Part shown: one piece after another, positions 19,601 to 30,078 of the stretch
Position numbering within the stretch: position 1 is the stretch's first letter
Layout: each line of letters begins with the position of its first letter
NCBI GenBank assembly: GCA_934654755.1
Contig: CAKUGQ010000004.1
Span: forward strand, 52,224 to 116,223
From: an uncultured Oscillospiraceae bacterium
GTDB lineage: Bacteria > Bacillota > Clostridia > Oscillospirales > Oscillospiraceae
Length of the DNA: 64,000 nt
Reading direction: 5' to 3'
Notes under the pieces: model-generated
What the model was told of the DNA's origin: nothing
The model's input: the letters and a program-made list of their open reading frames with translations, nothing else
Databases searched by the model: none
Made by a program: the position numbers and the translations under genes

Positions 19601-19664
19601 GGGCGGTATGATGAGGCCGTAACAGAGAAAATCCAAAATCAAACAATCGAAAGGAAAAAACAAA

Positions 19665-20471
19665 ATGAAAAAGATTCTTGCAGTCCTTTGCGCCGTCGCG
19701 CTGTGTGCGGCGCTCTTTGCCGGCTGCTCCGGCAAGACCGATGCCGCCGTGTCTACCGACGGCTCGACCTCCATGCAGAAGGTCATCAGCACCCTCGGCG
19801 AGTCCTTCATGCAGAAATATAGCGGCACGAAGTTCACCTACAACCCCACCGGCTCCGGCTCCGGCATTCAGGCCGTGCAGAACGGCACCTGCGACATCGG
19901 CCTTTCCTCCCGTGCGCTGAAGGACGAAGAAAAGAAGGCCGGCCTGAAGGAGACCGTCCTGGCCTATGACGGCATCGCCATGATCGTCCATCCCGACAAC
20001 CCCGTGCAGGATCTGACGCTGGAGCAGATTGCGCAGATCTATACCGGTGAGATCACCAACTGGAAGGATGTCGGCGGCAGCGACGCCGAGATCGTTCTCA
20101 TCGGCCGCGAGGCCGGCAGCGGCACGCGCGACGGCTTTGAAAGCATTACCAAGACCGGGCAGAAGTGCAAGTACCGTCAGGAGCTGACCTCCACGGGCGA
20201 CGTTATCACCGCTGTCAGCCAGAACCCGAACGCCATCGGCTACGCTTCCCTTGCCTCCGTGAAGGACACCGTGCGTGCGCTGAAGGTCGCGGGCATTACG
20301 CCGAGCGAGCAGACCGTCAGGGACGGCAGCTATGTTCTGCAGCGTCCGTTCGTGCTTGTGACCGTCGAGGGCAAGGCACTGAGCGAAACCGCACAGAAGT
20401 TCTTTGATTACATTACCTCCAAGGAGGTCGCCGAGCTCATCGCCCAGGCAGGCGCCGTCAGCGCCGCCTGA
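19665..20471 (+). CDS. pstS: Phosphate ABC transporter substrate-binding lipoprotein
   Basis: Lipobox FAGCSG. PstS-family motifs (STDGSTSMQ...GSGSG...CDIG). Confidence 0.85.
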   Translation: MKKILAVLCAVALCAALFAGCSGKTDAAVSTDGSTSMQKVISTLGESFMQKYSGTKFTYNPTGSGSGIQAVQNGTCDIGLSSRALKDEEKKAGLKETVLAYDGIAMIVHPDNPVQDLTLEQIAQIYTGEITNWKDVGGSDAEIVLIGREAGSGTRDGFESITKTGQKCKYRQELTSTGDVITAVSQNPNAIGYASLASVKDTVRALKVAGITPSEQTVRDGSYVLQRPFVLVTVEGKALSETAQKFFDYITSKEVAELIAQAGAVSAA

Positions 20472-20591
20472 CGCGAAAACGGCAAAGCGATCGAAATCAT
20501 TTTGCAACAGGGCGGGGACTTGTCCCCGCCCACTGCCGCACGGAGGGCATCCTTGCGAGACCGCGTCAGCGGCTGCGGAAAGCAGCCGATA

Positions 20592-20775
20592 TGTCATTGC
20601 GAGACCCCGAGGGGGGCCGTGGCAATCCTGTGTACCGGCAGCTGTCATTGCGAGGCTGCGTCAGCAGCCGTGGCAATCTCCTGTAAAACCCTGCATCAGA
20701 TTGCCGCGTCGCTTCGCTCCTCGCAATGACACGGGGGGAAGGACGTCGGGCTTGCGCCCTTCCCGCAATGATACG
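20592..20775. repeat. Palindromic intergenic repeat cluster (copy 4)
   Basis: Two tandem GTCATTGCGAG...GTGGCAATCTCCTG...CAGATTGCCGCGTCG...CTCGCAATGAC units between pstS and pstC. Confidence 0.7.
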
Positions 20776-20816
20776 CCCTGCGCGGCGGTATGACAAAAAC
20801 CACGAGAGGTGATAGG

Positions 20817-21710
20817 ATGAAATCAACAACAGCACGCAGCGCAAAAACGAAGCTGATCGAGCCCGTGATGCACGGGATTTTTCTGCTGCTCGGTCTGGTA
20901 ACGGTCGGGTTTGTGCTTTTGATCACGGTCTATCTGATCGTTGCGGGGCTCCCCGCCATCGGCAAGATCGGCCTGTTTGAATTTCTGTTCGGAAGCGAAT
21001 GGGCATCGACCGCCGCGGAGCCGAAATTCGGTATTCTGCCGTTTTTGCTTACAAGTATCTACGGCACGGCCGGCGCGATCGTTCTCGGTGTGCCGATCGG
21101 TTTTTTCGCTGCCGTTTATATTGCAAAGTGCGCCCCCGCGCCCGTGCGTCGGGGACTTCAGGCGGCGGTGAGTATGCTCGCGGGCATTCCCTCGGTGGTC
21201 TACGGTCTGGTGGGTATGCTCGTACTGGTGCCCGGGATTCGTAAGGTTTTCGGCGTGCCGGACGGCGCAAGTCTGTTGGCGGCCGTGATCGTACTGGCAA
21301 TTATGATCCTGCCGTCGATCATCAAGGTTTCGGTCACGGCGCTGGAGGCCGTACCGAAGGAATATGAGGACGCCTCGCTCGCGCTGGGCGCCACACCTAC
21401 GGAAACATGGTTCCGCGTGTCCGTTCCGGCAGCCAGAAGCGGCATTGCCGCGGCGATCGTCCTGGGCGTCGGCCGTGCCATCGGCGAGGCCATGGCCGTG
21501 ATGATGGTCAGCGGCAACGTGCCGAATATGCCGTCGCTGTTTGAAAGCGTGCGCTTTTTGACGACGGCCGTGGCCAGCGAGATGTCCTACTCCGCCGGTC
21601 TGCAGCGGCAGGCGCTGTTTTCCATCGCGCTGGTGCTGTTCCTGTTCATTCTGCTTATCAATGCGACACTGAACTTCTTCCTGAAGCGCAGCAAGGAGGG
21701 CAAAGCATGA
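20817..21710 (+). CDS. pstC: Phosphate ABC transporter permease
   Basis: Six TM helices. EAA-like loop. GAGAGG RBS before the ATG at 20817. Confidence 0.82.
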   Translation: MKSTTARSAKTKLIEPVMHGIFLLLGLVTVGFVLLITVYLIVAGLPAIGKIGLFEFLFGSEWASTAAEPKFGILPFLLTSIYGTAGAIVLGVPIGFFAAVYIAKCAPAPVRRGLQAAVSMLAGIPSVVYGLVGMLVLVPGIRKVFGVPDGASLLAAVIVLAIMILPSIIKVSVTALEAVPKEYEDASLALGATPTETWFRVSVPAARSGIAAAIVLGVGRAIGEAMAVMMVSGNVPNMPSLFESVRFLTTAVASEMSYSAGLQRQALFSIALVLFLFILLINATLNFFLKRSKEGKA

Positions 21711-22567
21711 AACGTTCCTTTTCTCTGCGTCGCCAGTTGTTCGGCGGCGCGTGCCGTACGGCGATGCTGCTGTGCGCCGGGTTGACGGCTGCGCTGGTCA
21801 TATTCCTGATTGCCTTTGTGCTCATGGAAGGTCTGCCGGAGATCTCGTGGGAGTTTCTGACGACCGCGCCGAGTTACCTGAACGGCACCGTCGGCATCCT
21901 GCCGGATATTCTGAACACGCTTTACATCGTTCTGGCGACCATTGTCCTCGTCGTCCCGCTGGGTGTGGGTGCGGCGGTCTACCTGACGGAATACGCGTCG
22001 AACAGGCGCGTCGTCACGGTGATCGAATACGCCGCCGAGACGCTCTCGGGCATTCCGTCGATCATTTACGGTCTTGTGGGTATGCTCGTATTCTGTGAGC
22101 TGTTCGGGCTGGGCAAGTCCATGCTCGCCGGTGCGCTGACGCTGGTCATCATGAATCTGCCGACCGTGCTGCGCACGACGCAGGAGAGTCTCAAGACCGT
22201 TCCGCAGAGCTACCGCGAGGGCGCCTTCGGCCTCGGCGCGGGCAAATGGCGCGTCATTCGCACCGTGGTGCTGCCCGGATGCGTGGACGGCGTGGTGACG
22301 GGCTGTATCCTCTCCGTCGGACGTATCCTCGGCGAGTCGGCGGCGCTACTGTTTACGGCGGGCTTTGCACACGTGCTGTTCGGCCTGTTTGACGGGCTGA
22401 TGAATTCCGGCGCGACGTTGACCGTTGCATTGTATTTCTACGCAAAGGAGGACGCCGAGTTCGGCGTTGCCTTCGCCATTGCGGCAATTCTCATGCTGCT
22501 GACTTTGGCCATCAACCTGACCGCAGATCTGGTCTCGGCGTATTTCCGCCGGAGAAAGGAGAGATAA
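21707..22567 (+). CDS. pstA: Phosphate ABC transporter permease
   Basis: ATGA overlap with pstC. PstA-like TM topology. Confidence 0.82.
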   Translation: MKRSFSLRRQLFGGACRTAMLLCAGLTAALVIFLIAFVLMEGLPEISWEFLTTAPSYLNGTVGILPDILNTLYIVLATIVLVVPLGVGAAVYLTEYASNRRVVTVIEYAAETLSGIPSIIYGLVGMLVFCELFGLGKSMLAGALTLVIMNLPTVLRTTQESLKTVPQSYREGAFGLGAGKWRVIRTVVLPGCVDGVVTGCILSVGRILGESAALLFTAGFAHVLFGLFDGLMNSGATLTVALYFYAKEDAEFGVAFAIAAILMLLTLAINLTADLVSAYFRRRKER

Positions 22568-22568
22568 C

Positions 22569-23327
22569 ATGGCAGAAACCATCCTCTCGGCGCAGGCGCT
22601 CGACCTTTGGTACGGCGAGCATCAGGCGCTGCGGCACATCGACCTGGATGTGCCGGAACACAGTATTACCGCACTCATCGGCCCTTCGGGTTGCGGCAAA
22701 TCCACATTTCTGAAAACGCTCAACCGCATGAACGACTTGATTCCCTCCGTGCGTATCGAGGGCAAGGTGACATTTCACGGGCAGGACATCTACGCCCCGC
22801 AGACGGATGTCAGCGCCCTGCGCAAGCGCATCGGTATGGTATTCCAGAAGCCGAATCCCTTCCCGATGAGCATCTATGACAACGTGGCCTACGGCCCGCG
22901 CACCCACGGTGTCCGTTCCCGTGCCAAGCTCGACGAGCTGGTGGAGCGTTCGCTGCGCGGTGCGGCCATCTGGGACGAGGTGAAGGACCGTCTCCGGAAA
23001 AACGCGCTCGGTCTCTCCGGCGGACAGCAGCAGCGGCTTTGCATCGCCCGTGCGTTGGCCGTGGAGCCGGAGGTACTGCTCATGGACGAGCCGACCAGCG
23101 CCCTTGATCCTATTTCGACCATGAAAATCGAGGAGCTGGCGTCCGATCTGAAGCAAAAGTACACCATCGTTATCGTCACGCACAATATGCAGCAGGCCGT
23201 GCGTATTTCGGATAAGACGGCCTTCTTCCTGCTCGGCGAGCTGGTCGAGTATGACGATACGGAAAAGATTTTCTCCGATCCCGCCGACAAGCGGACGGAG
23301 GACTACATCACGGGGAGGTTCGGTTAA
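22569..23327 (+). CDS. pstB: Phosphate ABC transporter ATP-binding protein
   Basis: Walker [10 protein letters not shown], signature LSGGQQQRL, Walker [12 protein letters not shown]. Confidence 0.9.
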   Translation: MAETILSAQALDLWYGEHQALRHIDLDVPEHSITALIGPSGCGKSTFLKTLNRMNDLIPSVRIEGKVTFHGQDIYAPQTDVSALRKRIGMVFQKPNPFPMSIYDNVAYGPRTHGVRSRAKLDELVERSLRGAAIWDEVKDRLRKNALGLSGGQQQRLCIARALAVEPEVLLMDEPTSALDPISTMKIEELASDLKQKYTIVIVTHNMQQAVRISDKTAFFLLGELVEYDDTEKIFSDPADKRTEDYITGRFG

Positions 23328-23328
23328 T

Positions 23329-23976
23329 ATGCGCAGCCGGTTTGACGAACAGTTGGCACAGCTCAACCGCGAGCTGATCGAAATGGGCGGCCTGTGCGAG
23401 GAGGTCATCGCGCTGGCGGCCAAATCGCTCACCGAGGGGAAGGAATACGCCCGCCGCGTGACGCCGCTTGACGCGGAGATCGACCGTAAGGAGCGTTCCA
23501 TCGAATCGCTCTGTCTGAAGCTGCTTTTGCAGCAGCAGCCTGTCGCGCGCGACCTGCGGCAGATTTCCGCCGCGCTGAAAATGATCACGGATATGGAGCG
23601 CATCGGCGATCAGGCCGAGGACATTGCGGAGATTTCCGGCTTTCTGCAAGGTCACAGTGCCGAAACAAACGCACTTTTGCGGGAAATGGCGCTTGCAACC
23701 ATCCATATGGTCACGGAAAGTGTTGACGCCTTCGTAAAACGTGATATACTATTGGCAGAGAAGGTCATTAAGGATGACGATATTGTGGACGATTGCTTCG
23801 ATCGTGTGCGCAAGGCGCTCATCTCCCGCATCGCCGCCGATCCCGACGAGGGCGAATACGCCGTCGATCTTCTCATGATTGCCAAGTATTTTGAGCGCAT
23901 CGGAGACCACGCGACAAACATCGCCGAATGGGTGATCTTCTCCGTGACCGGTGTGCATAAGGAGGGTCAGGGATGA
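23329..23976 (+). CDS. phoU: Phosphate signalling complex protein PhoU
   Basis: Two PhoU repeats (E..D metal-binding helices, DxxERIGD twice). Confidence 0.82.
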   Translation: MRSRFDEQLAQLNRELIEMGGLCEEVIALAAKSLTEGKEYARRVTPLDAEIDRKERSIESLCLKLLLQQQPVARDLRQISAALKMITDMERIGDQAEDIAEISGFLQGHSAETNALLREMALATIHMVTESVDAFVKRDILLAEKVIKDDDIVDDCFDRVRKALISRIAADPDEGEYAVDLLMIAKYFERIGDHATNIAEWVIFSVTGVHKEGQG

Positions 23977-24647
23977 TCTGGTGCGTCGAGGATGACGCAG
24001 GCACACTGGACGTGGAGCTGTACGCGCTGCGCTCGGTGGGCTTTGAAGCGCAGGGCTTTGCCGACGGCGCGCAGTTCTGGCAGGCCGTGCAGGGGCAGTC
24101 CCCGGAGCTTGTGGTGCTGGATGTGATGCTTCCGGGCATCGACGGCATCGAGCTGCTCCGGCGGCTGCGCGCCGCGCCTGCGCTGCGCGACATTCCCGTT
24201 GTGATGGCGACGGCGAAGGGTGCGGAGTACGATAAAATACAGGGGCTGGAGCTTGGTGCGGATTATTATCTGACCAAGCCTTTCGGCGTTATGGAGTTTG
24301 TTTCCTGTGTGAAGGCCGTGCTGCGCCGCTGCCGCCCGGCGGCGGAAAAGCCGCTGCAATGCGGCGCGCTTGTATTGCGGCCGGAGGCGCGCAGCGTTGC
24401 CGTCGGCGGCGTGCCCGTCGCGCTGACGCGCAAGGAATATGATCTGCTGCATCTGTTTTTGCTGCACCCGGGCGTTGCGTTCTCGCGTGAACGTCTGTTT
24501 TCCGAGATCTGGGGCGAGGATTATCTCGGCGAAACGCGAACGCTGGATATGCACATCCGCACGCTGCGCCAGAAGCTCGGCGCGTGGGGTGAGCACATCG
24601 AGACCGTGCGCGGCGTGGGCTACCGAATGGAGCCGGAGGAGAAATGA
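23973..24647 (+). CDS. OmpR-family response regulator (PhoB/PhoP-like)
   Basis: Receiver domain (LDVMLPGIDG) plus winged-helix (RTLDMHIRTLRQKL). ATGA overlap with phoU. Confidence 0.82.
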   Translation: MIWCVEDDAGTLDVELYALRSVGFEAQGFADGAQFWQAVQGQSPELVVLDVMLPGIDGIELLRRLRAAPALRDIPVVMATAKGAEYDKIQGLELGADYYLTKPFGVMEFVSCVKAVLRRCRPAAEKPLQCGALVLRPEARSVAVGGVPVALTRKEYDLLHLFLLHPGVAFSRERLFSEIWGEDYLGETRTLDMHIRTLRQKLGAWGEHIETVRGVGYRMEPEEK

Positions 24648-26332
24648 CGCGTAAAATTTTTTGCTCCGGTTTTCTGGTAACGGCCATTGTTTTACCGCTG
24701 TGCCTGCTGATTGCATCTTTGTCACTTTACGAATATTTCGACGGCGCCCAGCGCGAGCAGCTTCGCGATGCGCTGCGGCTGGCCGCCATTGCCACAACGC
24801 ACGACGGCGAGGATTTCCTGCATGAGGCACGCTCCGACCGTTATCGCCTGACGTGGATTGCCGCCGACGGCTCGGTGTTATACGATACCGAGACGGGCGC
24901 GGCTGCTCTGGAGAATCATGCCGACCGCGAGGAGATACGGCAGGCGCTGGAAACCGGCGAAGGCGAGAGCGTCCGCGACTCCGCAACGCTGCTGCAAAAG
25001 ACGCGCTACATAGCCTGCCGCCTCTCCGACGGGACGGTTTTGCGCATCGCGGCGGATCATGCGAGCGTCTGGCGGCTGCTGCTGCGGCTGCTTGCGCCGA
25101 CGCTGGCGGTCGCGGTACTGGTGCTGGTGCTTTCGGCGGTGCTTGCAAGCCGCCTTGCGCGGCGCATTGTTGCGCCGATCAATGCGCTTGATCTGGAGCA
25201 CCCGCTGGACAACGATACCTATGAGGAGCTTTCGCCCCTGCTGGAGCGCATTGACCGCCAGCGCGGCGAGATCGACCGTCGTCTGGCGGATCTCCGACGG
25301 CGGCGCGATGAATTTGCGCAGATCACCGCCAGCATGAACGAGGCGCTGGTGCTGCTGGACAAAAACGACCGCATCCTGAGCCTGAACCCGGCCGCGCAGC
25401 GTCTGTTTGACGCGGCGCAGGTTGCACCGGGAACGGATTTTATCCTGCTTGACCGCTCGCACGAGCTGACGCAGGCGCTGGCGCTGGCGCGGAGAAACGG
25501 CCATGCCGGGCTGCGTCTTGAGCGCAGCGGACGTATCTGGCAGACGGAGCTGAGCCGCATCGAATCCGGCGGGGAACGCGTCGGCTGCGTGCTTCTGGCG
25601 TATGACATTACGGAGCGTGAACTGGCGGAGCAGAGCCGCCGTGAATTTACCGCGAATGTGTCGCACGAGCTGAAAACACCGCTTCAGGGGATCATCGGCA
25701 GTGCCGAGCTGATCGAAAACAACATGGTGCGTGCCGAGGATCTGCCGCGCTTCGCCGGGCACATCCGCCGCGAGAGCAAGCGTCTGCTGGCGCTCATTGA
25801 GGACATTCTGCGCCTGTCCGAGCTGGACGAGGGCTGCCCGCTGCCCCGGCAGGCGGTTGACTGCCTTGCGCTGGCGCAGGAGGTCTGCGATAATCTGCAA
25901 GGCGCCGCCGATGCGCAGAGTGTTACCCTGAATGTCGGCGGGACGGCCGTAACGGCTCTGACCGTGCGCCGTCTGGTCTATGAGATTCTGCAAAACCTCT
26001 GCGAAAATGCCGTCAAATACAACCGTCCCGGCGGTTTTGTGCGCGTCAGTGTGCAGCCGGACGGGGAAAACGTGCTGCTGCGGGTCGAGGATAACGGCAT
26101 CGGCATTGCGCCGCGCGACTGCGGGCGCGTATTTGAGCGCTTTTACCGTGTCGATAAGAGCCACAGCAAGGCCACCGGCGGTACGGGACTGGGGCTTTCG
26201 ATTGTCAAACACGCCGTCGCCTGTCTCGGCGGTACGGTGGCGCTTGAAAGCGCCCTCAATCAGGGAACGCGCATTACGGTGACGCTGCCGCGCAAGGCAG
26301 CGCAACCGAACGACAGTAACTCAGCGCGGTAA
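24644..26332 (+). CDS. Sensor histidine kinase (PhoR-like)
   Basis: Two TM segments, H-box SHELKTPL, and N/G1/G2 boxes (NAVKYN, DNGIGI, GGTGLGLSIV). Confidence 0.82.
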   Translation: MTRKIFCSGFLVTAIVLPLCLLIASLSLYEYFDGAQREQLRDALRLAAIATTHDGEDFLHEARSDRYRLTWIAADGSVLYDTETGAAALENHADREEIRQALETGEGESVRDSATLLQKTRYIACRLSDGTVLRIAADHASVWRLLLRLLAPTLAVAVLVLVLSAVLASRLARRIVAPINALDLEHPLDNDTYEELSPLLERIDRQRGEIDRRLADLRRRRDEFAQITASMNEALVLLDKNDRILSLNPAAQRLFDAAQVAPGTDFILLDRSHELTQALALARRNGHAGLRLERSGRIWQTELSRIESGGERVGCVLLAYDITERELAEQSRREFTANVSHELKTPLQGIIGSAELIENNMVRAEDLPRFAGHIRRESKRLLALIEDILRLSELDEGCPLPRQAVDCLALAQEVCDNLQGAADAQSVTLNVGGTAVTALTVRRLVYEILQNLCENAVKYNRPGGFVRVSVQPDGENVLLRVEDNGIGIAPRDCGRVFERFYRVDKSHSKATGGTGLGLSIVKHAVACLGGTVALESALNQGTRITVTLPRKAAQPNDSNSAR

Positions 26333-26362
26333 GCCGCGCAGATATAGAAAGGAATTACCACC

Positions 26363-26803
26363 ATGAAGATCTCCCTCGGCTGTGACCACGGCGCGCTGGC
26401 GCTGAAGGAAAGCGTCAAGGCGCATCTGACCGCACGCGGCTTCGAGGTCGCGGATTTCGGCACGCATTCGACCGAGAGCTGCGATTACCCCGATTTTGCC
26501 CGCCCGGCGGCGGAGGCCGTCGCAAACGGCGACTGTGAGCGCGGTATCGTGCTCTGCACGACCGGCATCGGCGTCTGTATTACGGCCAATAAGGTGCGCG
26601 GCGTCCGCTGCGCGCTGCTGTCCGATCTGATGTCGGCGCGGCTGACGCGACAGCACAACGACACAAACATGATGGCGCTCGGCGCAGGTGTCGTCGGTGA
26701 AAAGCTGGCGTTGGAGATCGTTGACACCTGGCTCGACACCGAGTTTGACGGCGGCCGCCACCAACGCCGTATCGATAAAATGATGTCGATCGAACAAGCC
26801 TGA
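26363..26803 (+). CDS. rpiB: Ribose-5-phosphate isomerase B
   Basis: MKISLGCDHGA...CTTGIGVCITANK, typical of RpiB/LacAB. Confidence 0.88.
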   Translation: MKISLGCDHGALALKESVKAHLTARGFEVADFGTHSTESCDYPDFARPAAEAVANGDCERGIVLCTTGIGVCITANKVRGVRCALLSDLMSARLTRQHNDTNMMALGAGVVGEKLALEIVDTWLDTEFDGGRHQRRIDKMMSIEQA

Positions 26804-26804
26804 A

Positions 26805-26841
26805 AAGCAAAAGACGGACGCCGAAGCGTCCGTCTTTTGCA
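26805..26841 (+). terminator. Intrinsic terminator after rpiB
   Basis: aaaagacggacgc-cgaa-gcgtccgtcttttg. Confidence 0.6.
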
Positions 26842-26860
26842 CGGCATATGCCACTTCTTT

Positions 26861-27133
26861 CGCCTCGCTGCGCTCGGCGCCTTCTCTTCAAGGGGAAGGC
26901 TTTGCGTGCGGTGCAACCCGCGGGGAGTCACAAGGGATGCGGCTTTTTGTATGTCATTGCGAGGAGGGAGCAGCCCGACGCGGCATACCTGTTATTTGTC
27001 ATTACGAGGAGCGAAGCGACGCGGCAATCTAAAGTCAGGTCTTGCAGGAGATTGCCACGGCCACCGGCGTGGCCTCGCAATGACATAGGGTACGAGATTG
27101 CGAGACTTGCTGCCGCAAGTCTCGCAATAACAG
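26861..27133. repeat. Palindromic intergenic repeat cluster (copy 5, longest)
   Basis: CTTCAAGGGGAAGG module plus three GTCATTGCGAG/CTCGCAATGAC units. Confidence 0.7.
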
Positions 27134-27161
27134 TGGATGATGTCATTGTGGGGCGCGGGCG

Positions 27162-27833
27162 CTATCCGCCGAAGCGGCAGCGGAAGCCCTCAGAGCCGTC
27201 GGGACGGGTGATGCGCACAAAGCCGTCTGCCGCCTCCACGGTCAGGCATTCCCCGGCGAAGCACTCGCGATCGTACATCGCCGCCACGGACAGACAGCCT
27301 CCCGGTGCGAATTCCTGCGCGTGGCGTATGTAGGCAACGTTGTTCAAATGTCCGTTCTTGTCGATTTCCTCCGGCGCGACCGTCCAGGAGCCTGCGGGCG
27401 AAAGCGGCGGCAGCAACAGGCGGCGCGGCGGTACGGTTTCCCGTTCGGGCTGCGGCGCAGGCAGCGTCCAGAGCGGCTCGATGCGGCGCATATCCGTCAG
27501 CCGGCGCTTTTCCGCATCGACAAGCACCCAAAGCTCCGTTGCCTCACCCAACTCGCCCAGCGCATCCGAAACGGAAAAATCGCGCGTACTGGCTACGGCG
27601 GAGGGACGGCGCAGCCAGGTTGTGACGCGCAGCTCGCCCTGCGGCTGCCGCCCGAGCCTTACGGCGGAGCGGACGATCATCCACAGGCAGGAAAAGTCGC
27701 GGTACATCCGGTCGAAATCAATGTTCAATGCATGGGCGTGCGCGTCGGCGGCGCGTTCCAGTACATACAGAATATCGGCGAGCGTCCAGCCGCCGTCAGG
27801 CATTTTTTGTGTAACGGTACAGTATTCCTCCAT
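27162..27833 (-). CDS. Acyl-ACP thioesterase
   Basis: Double hot-dog size (223 aa) and DKNGHLNNVAYI (NxHVNN-type) motif. Confidence 0.65.
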   Translation of the reverse strand: MEEYCTVTQKMPDGGWTLADILYVLERAADAHAHALNIDFDRMYRDFSCLWMIVRSAVRLGRQPQGELRVTTWLRRPSAVASTRDFSVSDALGELGEATELWVLVDAEKRRLTDMRRIEPLWTLPAPQPERETVPPRRLLLPPLSPAGSWTVAPEEIDKNGHLNNVAYIRHAQEFAPGGCLSVAAMYDRECFAGECLTVEAADGFVRITRPDGSEGFRCRFGG

Positions 27834-27882
27834 GCTTCCCGCCCCCCTTTTTCGCCCATGATACCACCCGGCGGGGGAAAAG

Positions 27883-28884
27883 TCAATCCGCGCGGCCCGT
27901 CTGACCTGCCAGCAGCTCCGTCAAAAGCTCCGCCAGCAGCTCCGCCGAGCGCAGCGCCTCGTCAAGCGAATTACCGATGGCGCCGACCTCCACGAGCAGG
28001 GAATTGGGCGTAAGTTCCTGATTATAGGACGAGCGCCGCATGGAGATATGCCGGAACAGTCCCGGCGCACGCGCCTCGCCGAGCGCCTGGAGCTGCATGG
28101 CGCAGGCAAAATTATCCAGCCAGCCGGGGTGGTTGTTCTCGCCCAGATCACTGCCCACAACGAACATCAGCTTTGCCGTCTGTTCGCCGTTCACGGTCGT
28201 GCGCAGCGCGACCTGCCTGCCCTGGGAATCCTCGGCGGCGTCGCGATGCAGGTCGATGACCATCTGAATGGAGGGGTAGCGGCGCAGATAGCCACGGATC
28301 GTTTCGGCAGCGCGGCCGTAGGCGCCGTTGTATTCCGGACAGTCGTGCAGGGTGGTGTCATGCAGTGCGGAAAGTCCGGCGGCGTTGAGCCGGTCGCACA
28401 GCGCCTGCCCGACGCGCATAACGCCGGTATCCGGGTCGGTGCTGCGGTAGGGCTCGACCTGCTTATAGTCGTCGGTCGGTGAGGGCGTATAGGCCTCGCA
28501 GCTATGAGTATGGACAATAAGGATCAGCGGGCCGCTTTTGCGTGCGTCGAAGTTCAGCGTACGTGTGATGACCGCCGCCTTATCGAACAGCAAAGTATTC
28601 GGATACATATTATAGATGTCCACACGGTCGGCGTCGGCGGTCGTAAAGAGCGGGACGGCGGCCGGCGGGTCATAGATCAGTGTGGGATAGGCCGTGGGCT
28701 CCGGCAAATCCGGCGCAGGACGGGTCTCCGCTCGGGCCTGCACGGGCGGCTCGGAATAAAACTCCGCCGCCTGCGCCGTCTGCGTGCAGGCGAAAAGCCC
28801 GATGCGGAAAATTGCCGCCGACGCAAGAAGCGCCGCGCAGAAGCGCCGCAGAGCGGCACGGTCAAAAAACGACTGCTGACTCAT
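27883..28884 (-). CDS. spoIIP: Stage II sporulation protein P
   Basis: Signal/TM N-terminus and the conserved SpoIIP region LILIVHTHSCEAY...DLHRD. Confidence 0.72.
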   Translation of the reverse strand: MSQQSFFDRAALRRFCAALLASAAIFRIGLFACTQTAQAAEFYSEPPVQARAETRPAPDLPEPTAYPTLIYDPPAAVPLFTTADADRVDIYNMYPNTLLFDKAAVITRTLNFDARKSGPLILIVHTHSCEAYTPSPTDDYKQVEPYRSTDPDTGVMRVGQALCDRLNAAGLSALHDTTLHDCPEYNGAYGRAAETIRGYLRRYPSIQMVIDLHRDAAEDSQGRQVALRTTVNGEQTAKLMFVVGSDLGENNHPGWLDNFACAMQLQALGEARAPGLFRHISMRRSSYNQELTPNSLLVEVGAIGNSLDEALRSAELLAELLTELLAGQTGRAD

Positions 28885-28995
28885 CGGATCATCTCCCGTA
28901 AAAACTACGGACGGCAGGCGCCTGTCCGCGATGTTATCCTATGCCGTTTTTTTCCGTTTCAGACGCCGGAAAAATAAAAAACGGTTTTCCCGCAA

Positions 28996-29032
28996 ATTCG
29001 GGTGGACAAACCGAAAACTTCTGCTATAATGG
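28996..29032 (+). promoter_or_regulatory. Extended -10 promoter for prs-pth
   Basis: TGGACA, then 16-17 nt, then TGCTATAAT (TGnTATAAT), about 55 nt before the prs ATG. Confidence 0.4.
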
Positions 29033-29083
29033 ATATGATTTCAAAGAGAGAAGGCCGCTTTGCGGCCCCAGGAGGAGCATGAC

Positions 29084-30049
29084 ATGATCGCACACGGTAA
29101 CAAAATCAAAATCTTTGCAGCAAACTCAAACCTGCCGCTGGCCAAGGGTATCTGCACCGAGCTGGGTCTGGAGCTGGGCGACAGCTCCGTGACCGCTTTT
29201 GCCGACGGCGAGGTCTCCGTTTCCATCAATGAAACGGTGCGCGGCTGCGACGTTTTCGTCGTTCAGTCCACCTGCGCGCCCGTCAACAACAACCTGATGG
29301 AGCTGCTAGTCATGATCGACGCGATGCGCCGCGCCAGCGCGGGCCGTATCACCGCCGTTATCCCCTATTTCGGTTATGCCCGTCAGGATCGCAAGGCCAA
29401 GGGCCGCGACCCCATTTCCGCAAAGCTTGTCGCCAACATGATCACCTGTGCAGGCGCCGACCGCGTGCTGACGATGGACCTGCACGCCGCCCAGATTCAG
29501 GGCTTCTTCGACATCCCCGTGGACGTTATGCTCGGCAATCCGCTCTTCACCCGCTACTATATGTCGAAATTCGACGAGGAGACCTACGATCATAACGAGT
29601 TCGTCGTCGTCTCGCCGGACGTCGGCTCCGTCGCGCGCTCCCGCGCCTTCGCCGCAAAGGTACATATGGGCCTGGCCATCGTCGATAAGCGCCGCCAGCG
29701 TGCCAACGAGTGCGAGGTCATGAATATCATCGGCGACGTCGAGGGCAAGACCTGCATTCTCTTTGACGATATGGTCGATACCGCCGGTTCGCTGTGCAAT
29801 GCCGCGAATGCCATTAAGACCGTCGGCAAGGCCAAGGCCGTCTATGCCTGCGCCAGCCACGGCGTGCTCTCCAGAAATGCCACACAGCGCATCGAGGATA
29901 GCTGCATTGAGGAAATGATGCTCCTGAACACCATTCCGCTGCCCGCAGATTACACCGGCTCGAAGATCCGCCAGCTTGACGCTGCTCCCACTTTTGCCAA
30001 GGCGATCACCCGTATTTACAACGAGACGTCCATCTCAAACCTGTTCTGA
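29084..30049 (+). CDS. prs: Ribose-phosphate pyrophosphokinase
   Basis: PRPP synthetase motifs (DAMRRASAGRITAVIPYFGYARQDRK, DLHA.QIQGFF, PRPP-binding loop). Confidence 0.9.
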   Translation: MIAHGNKIKIFAANSNLPLAKGICTELGLELGDSSVTAFADGEVSVSINETVRGCDVFVVQSTCAPVNNNLMELLVMIDAMRRASAGRITAVIPYFGYARQDRKAKGRDPISAKLVANMITCAGADRVLTMDLHAAQIQGFFDIPVDVMLGNPLFTRYYMSKFDEETYDHNEFVVVSPDVGSVARSRAFAAKVHMGLAIVDKRRQRANECEVMNIIGDVEGKTCILFDDMVDTAGSLCNAANAIKTVGKAKAVYACASHGVLSRNATQRIEDSCIEEMMLLNTIPLPADYTGSKIRQLDAAPTFAKAITRIYNETSISNLF

Positions 30050-30078
30050 TGCTGTTTTCCAAGCCTGCCTGCGACTGG

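Noticed and set aside
18091-19611. 506-aa ORF antisense to the lipoprotein gene
   Set aside because: Arg/Ala-rich GC artefact that overlaps a gene with a clear signal peptide and lipobox.
23967-26305. Long minus-strand ORFs (393 and 475 aa) over the response-regulator and histidine-kinase genes
   Set aside because: Antisense to well-supported two-component genes. The translations are Arg/Ala-rich with no motifs.
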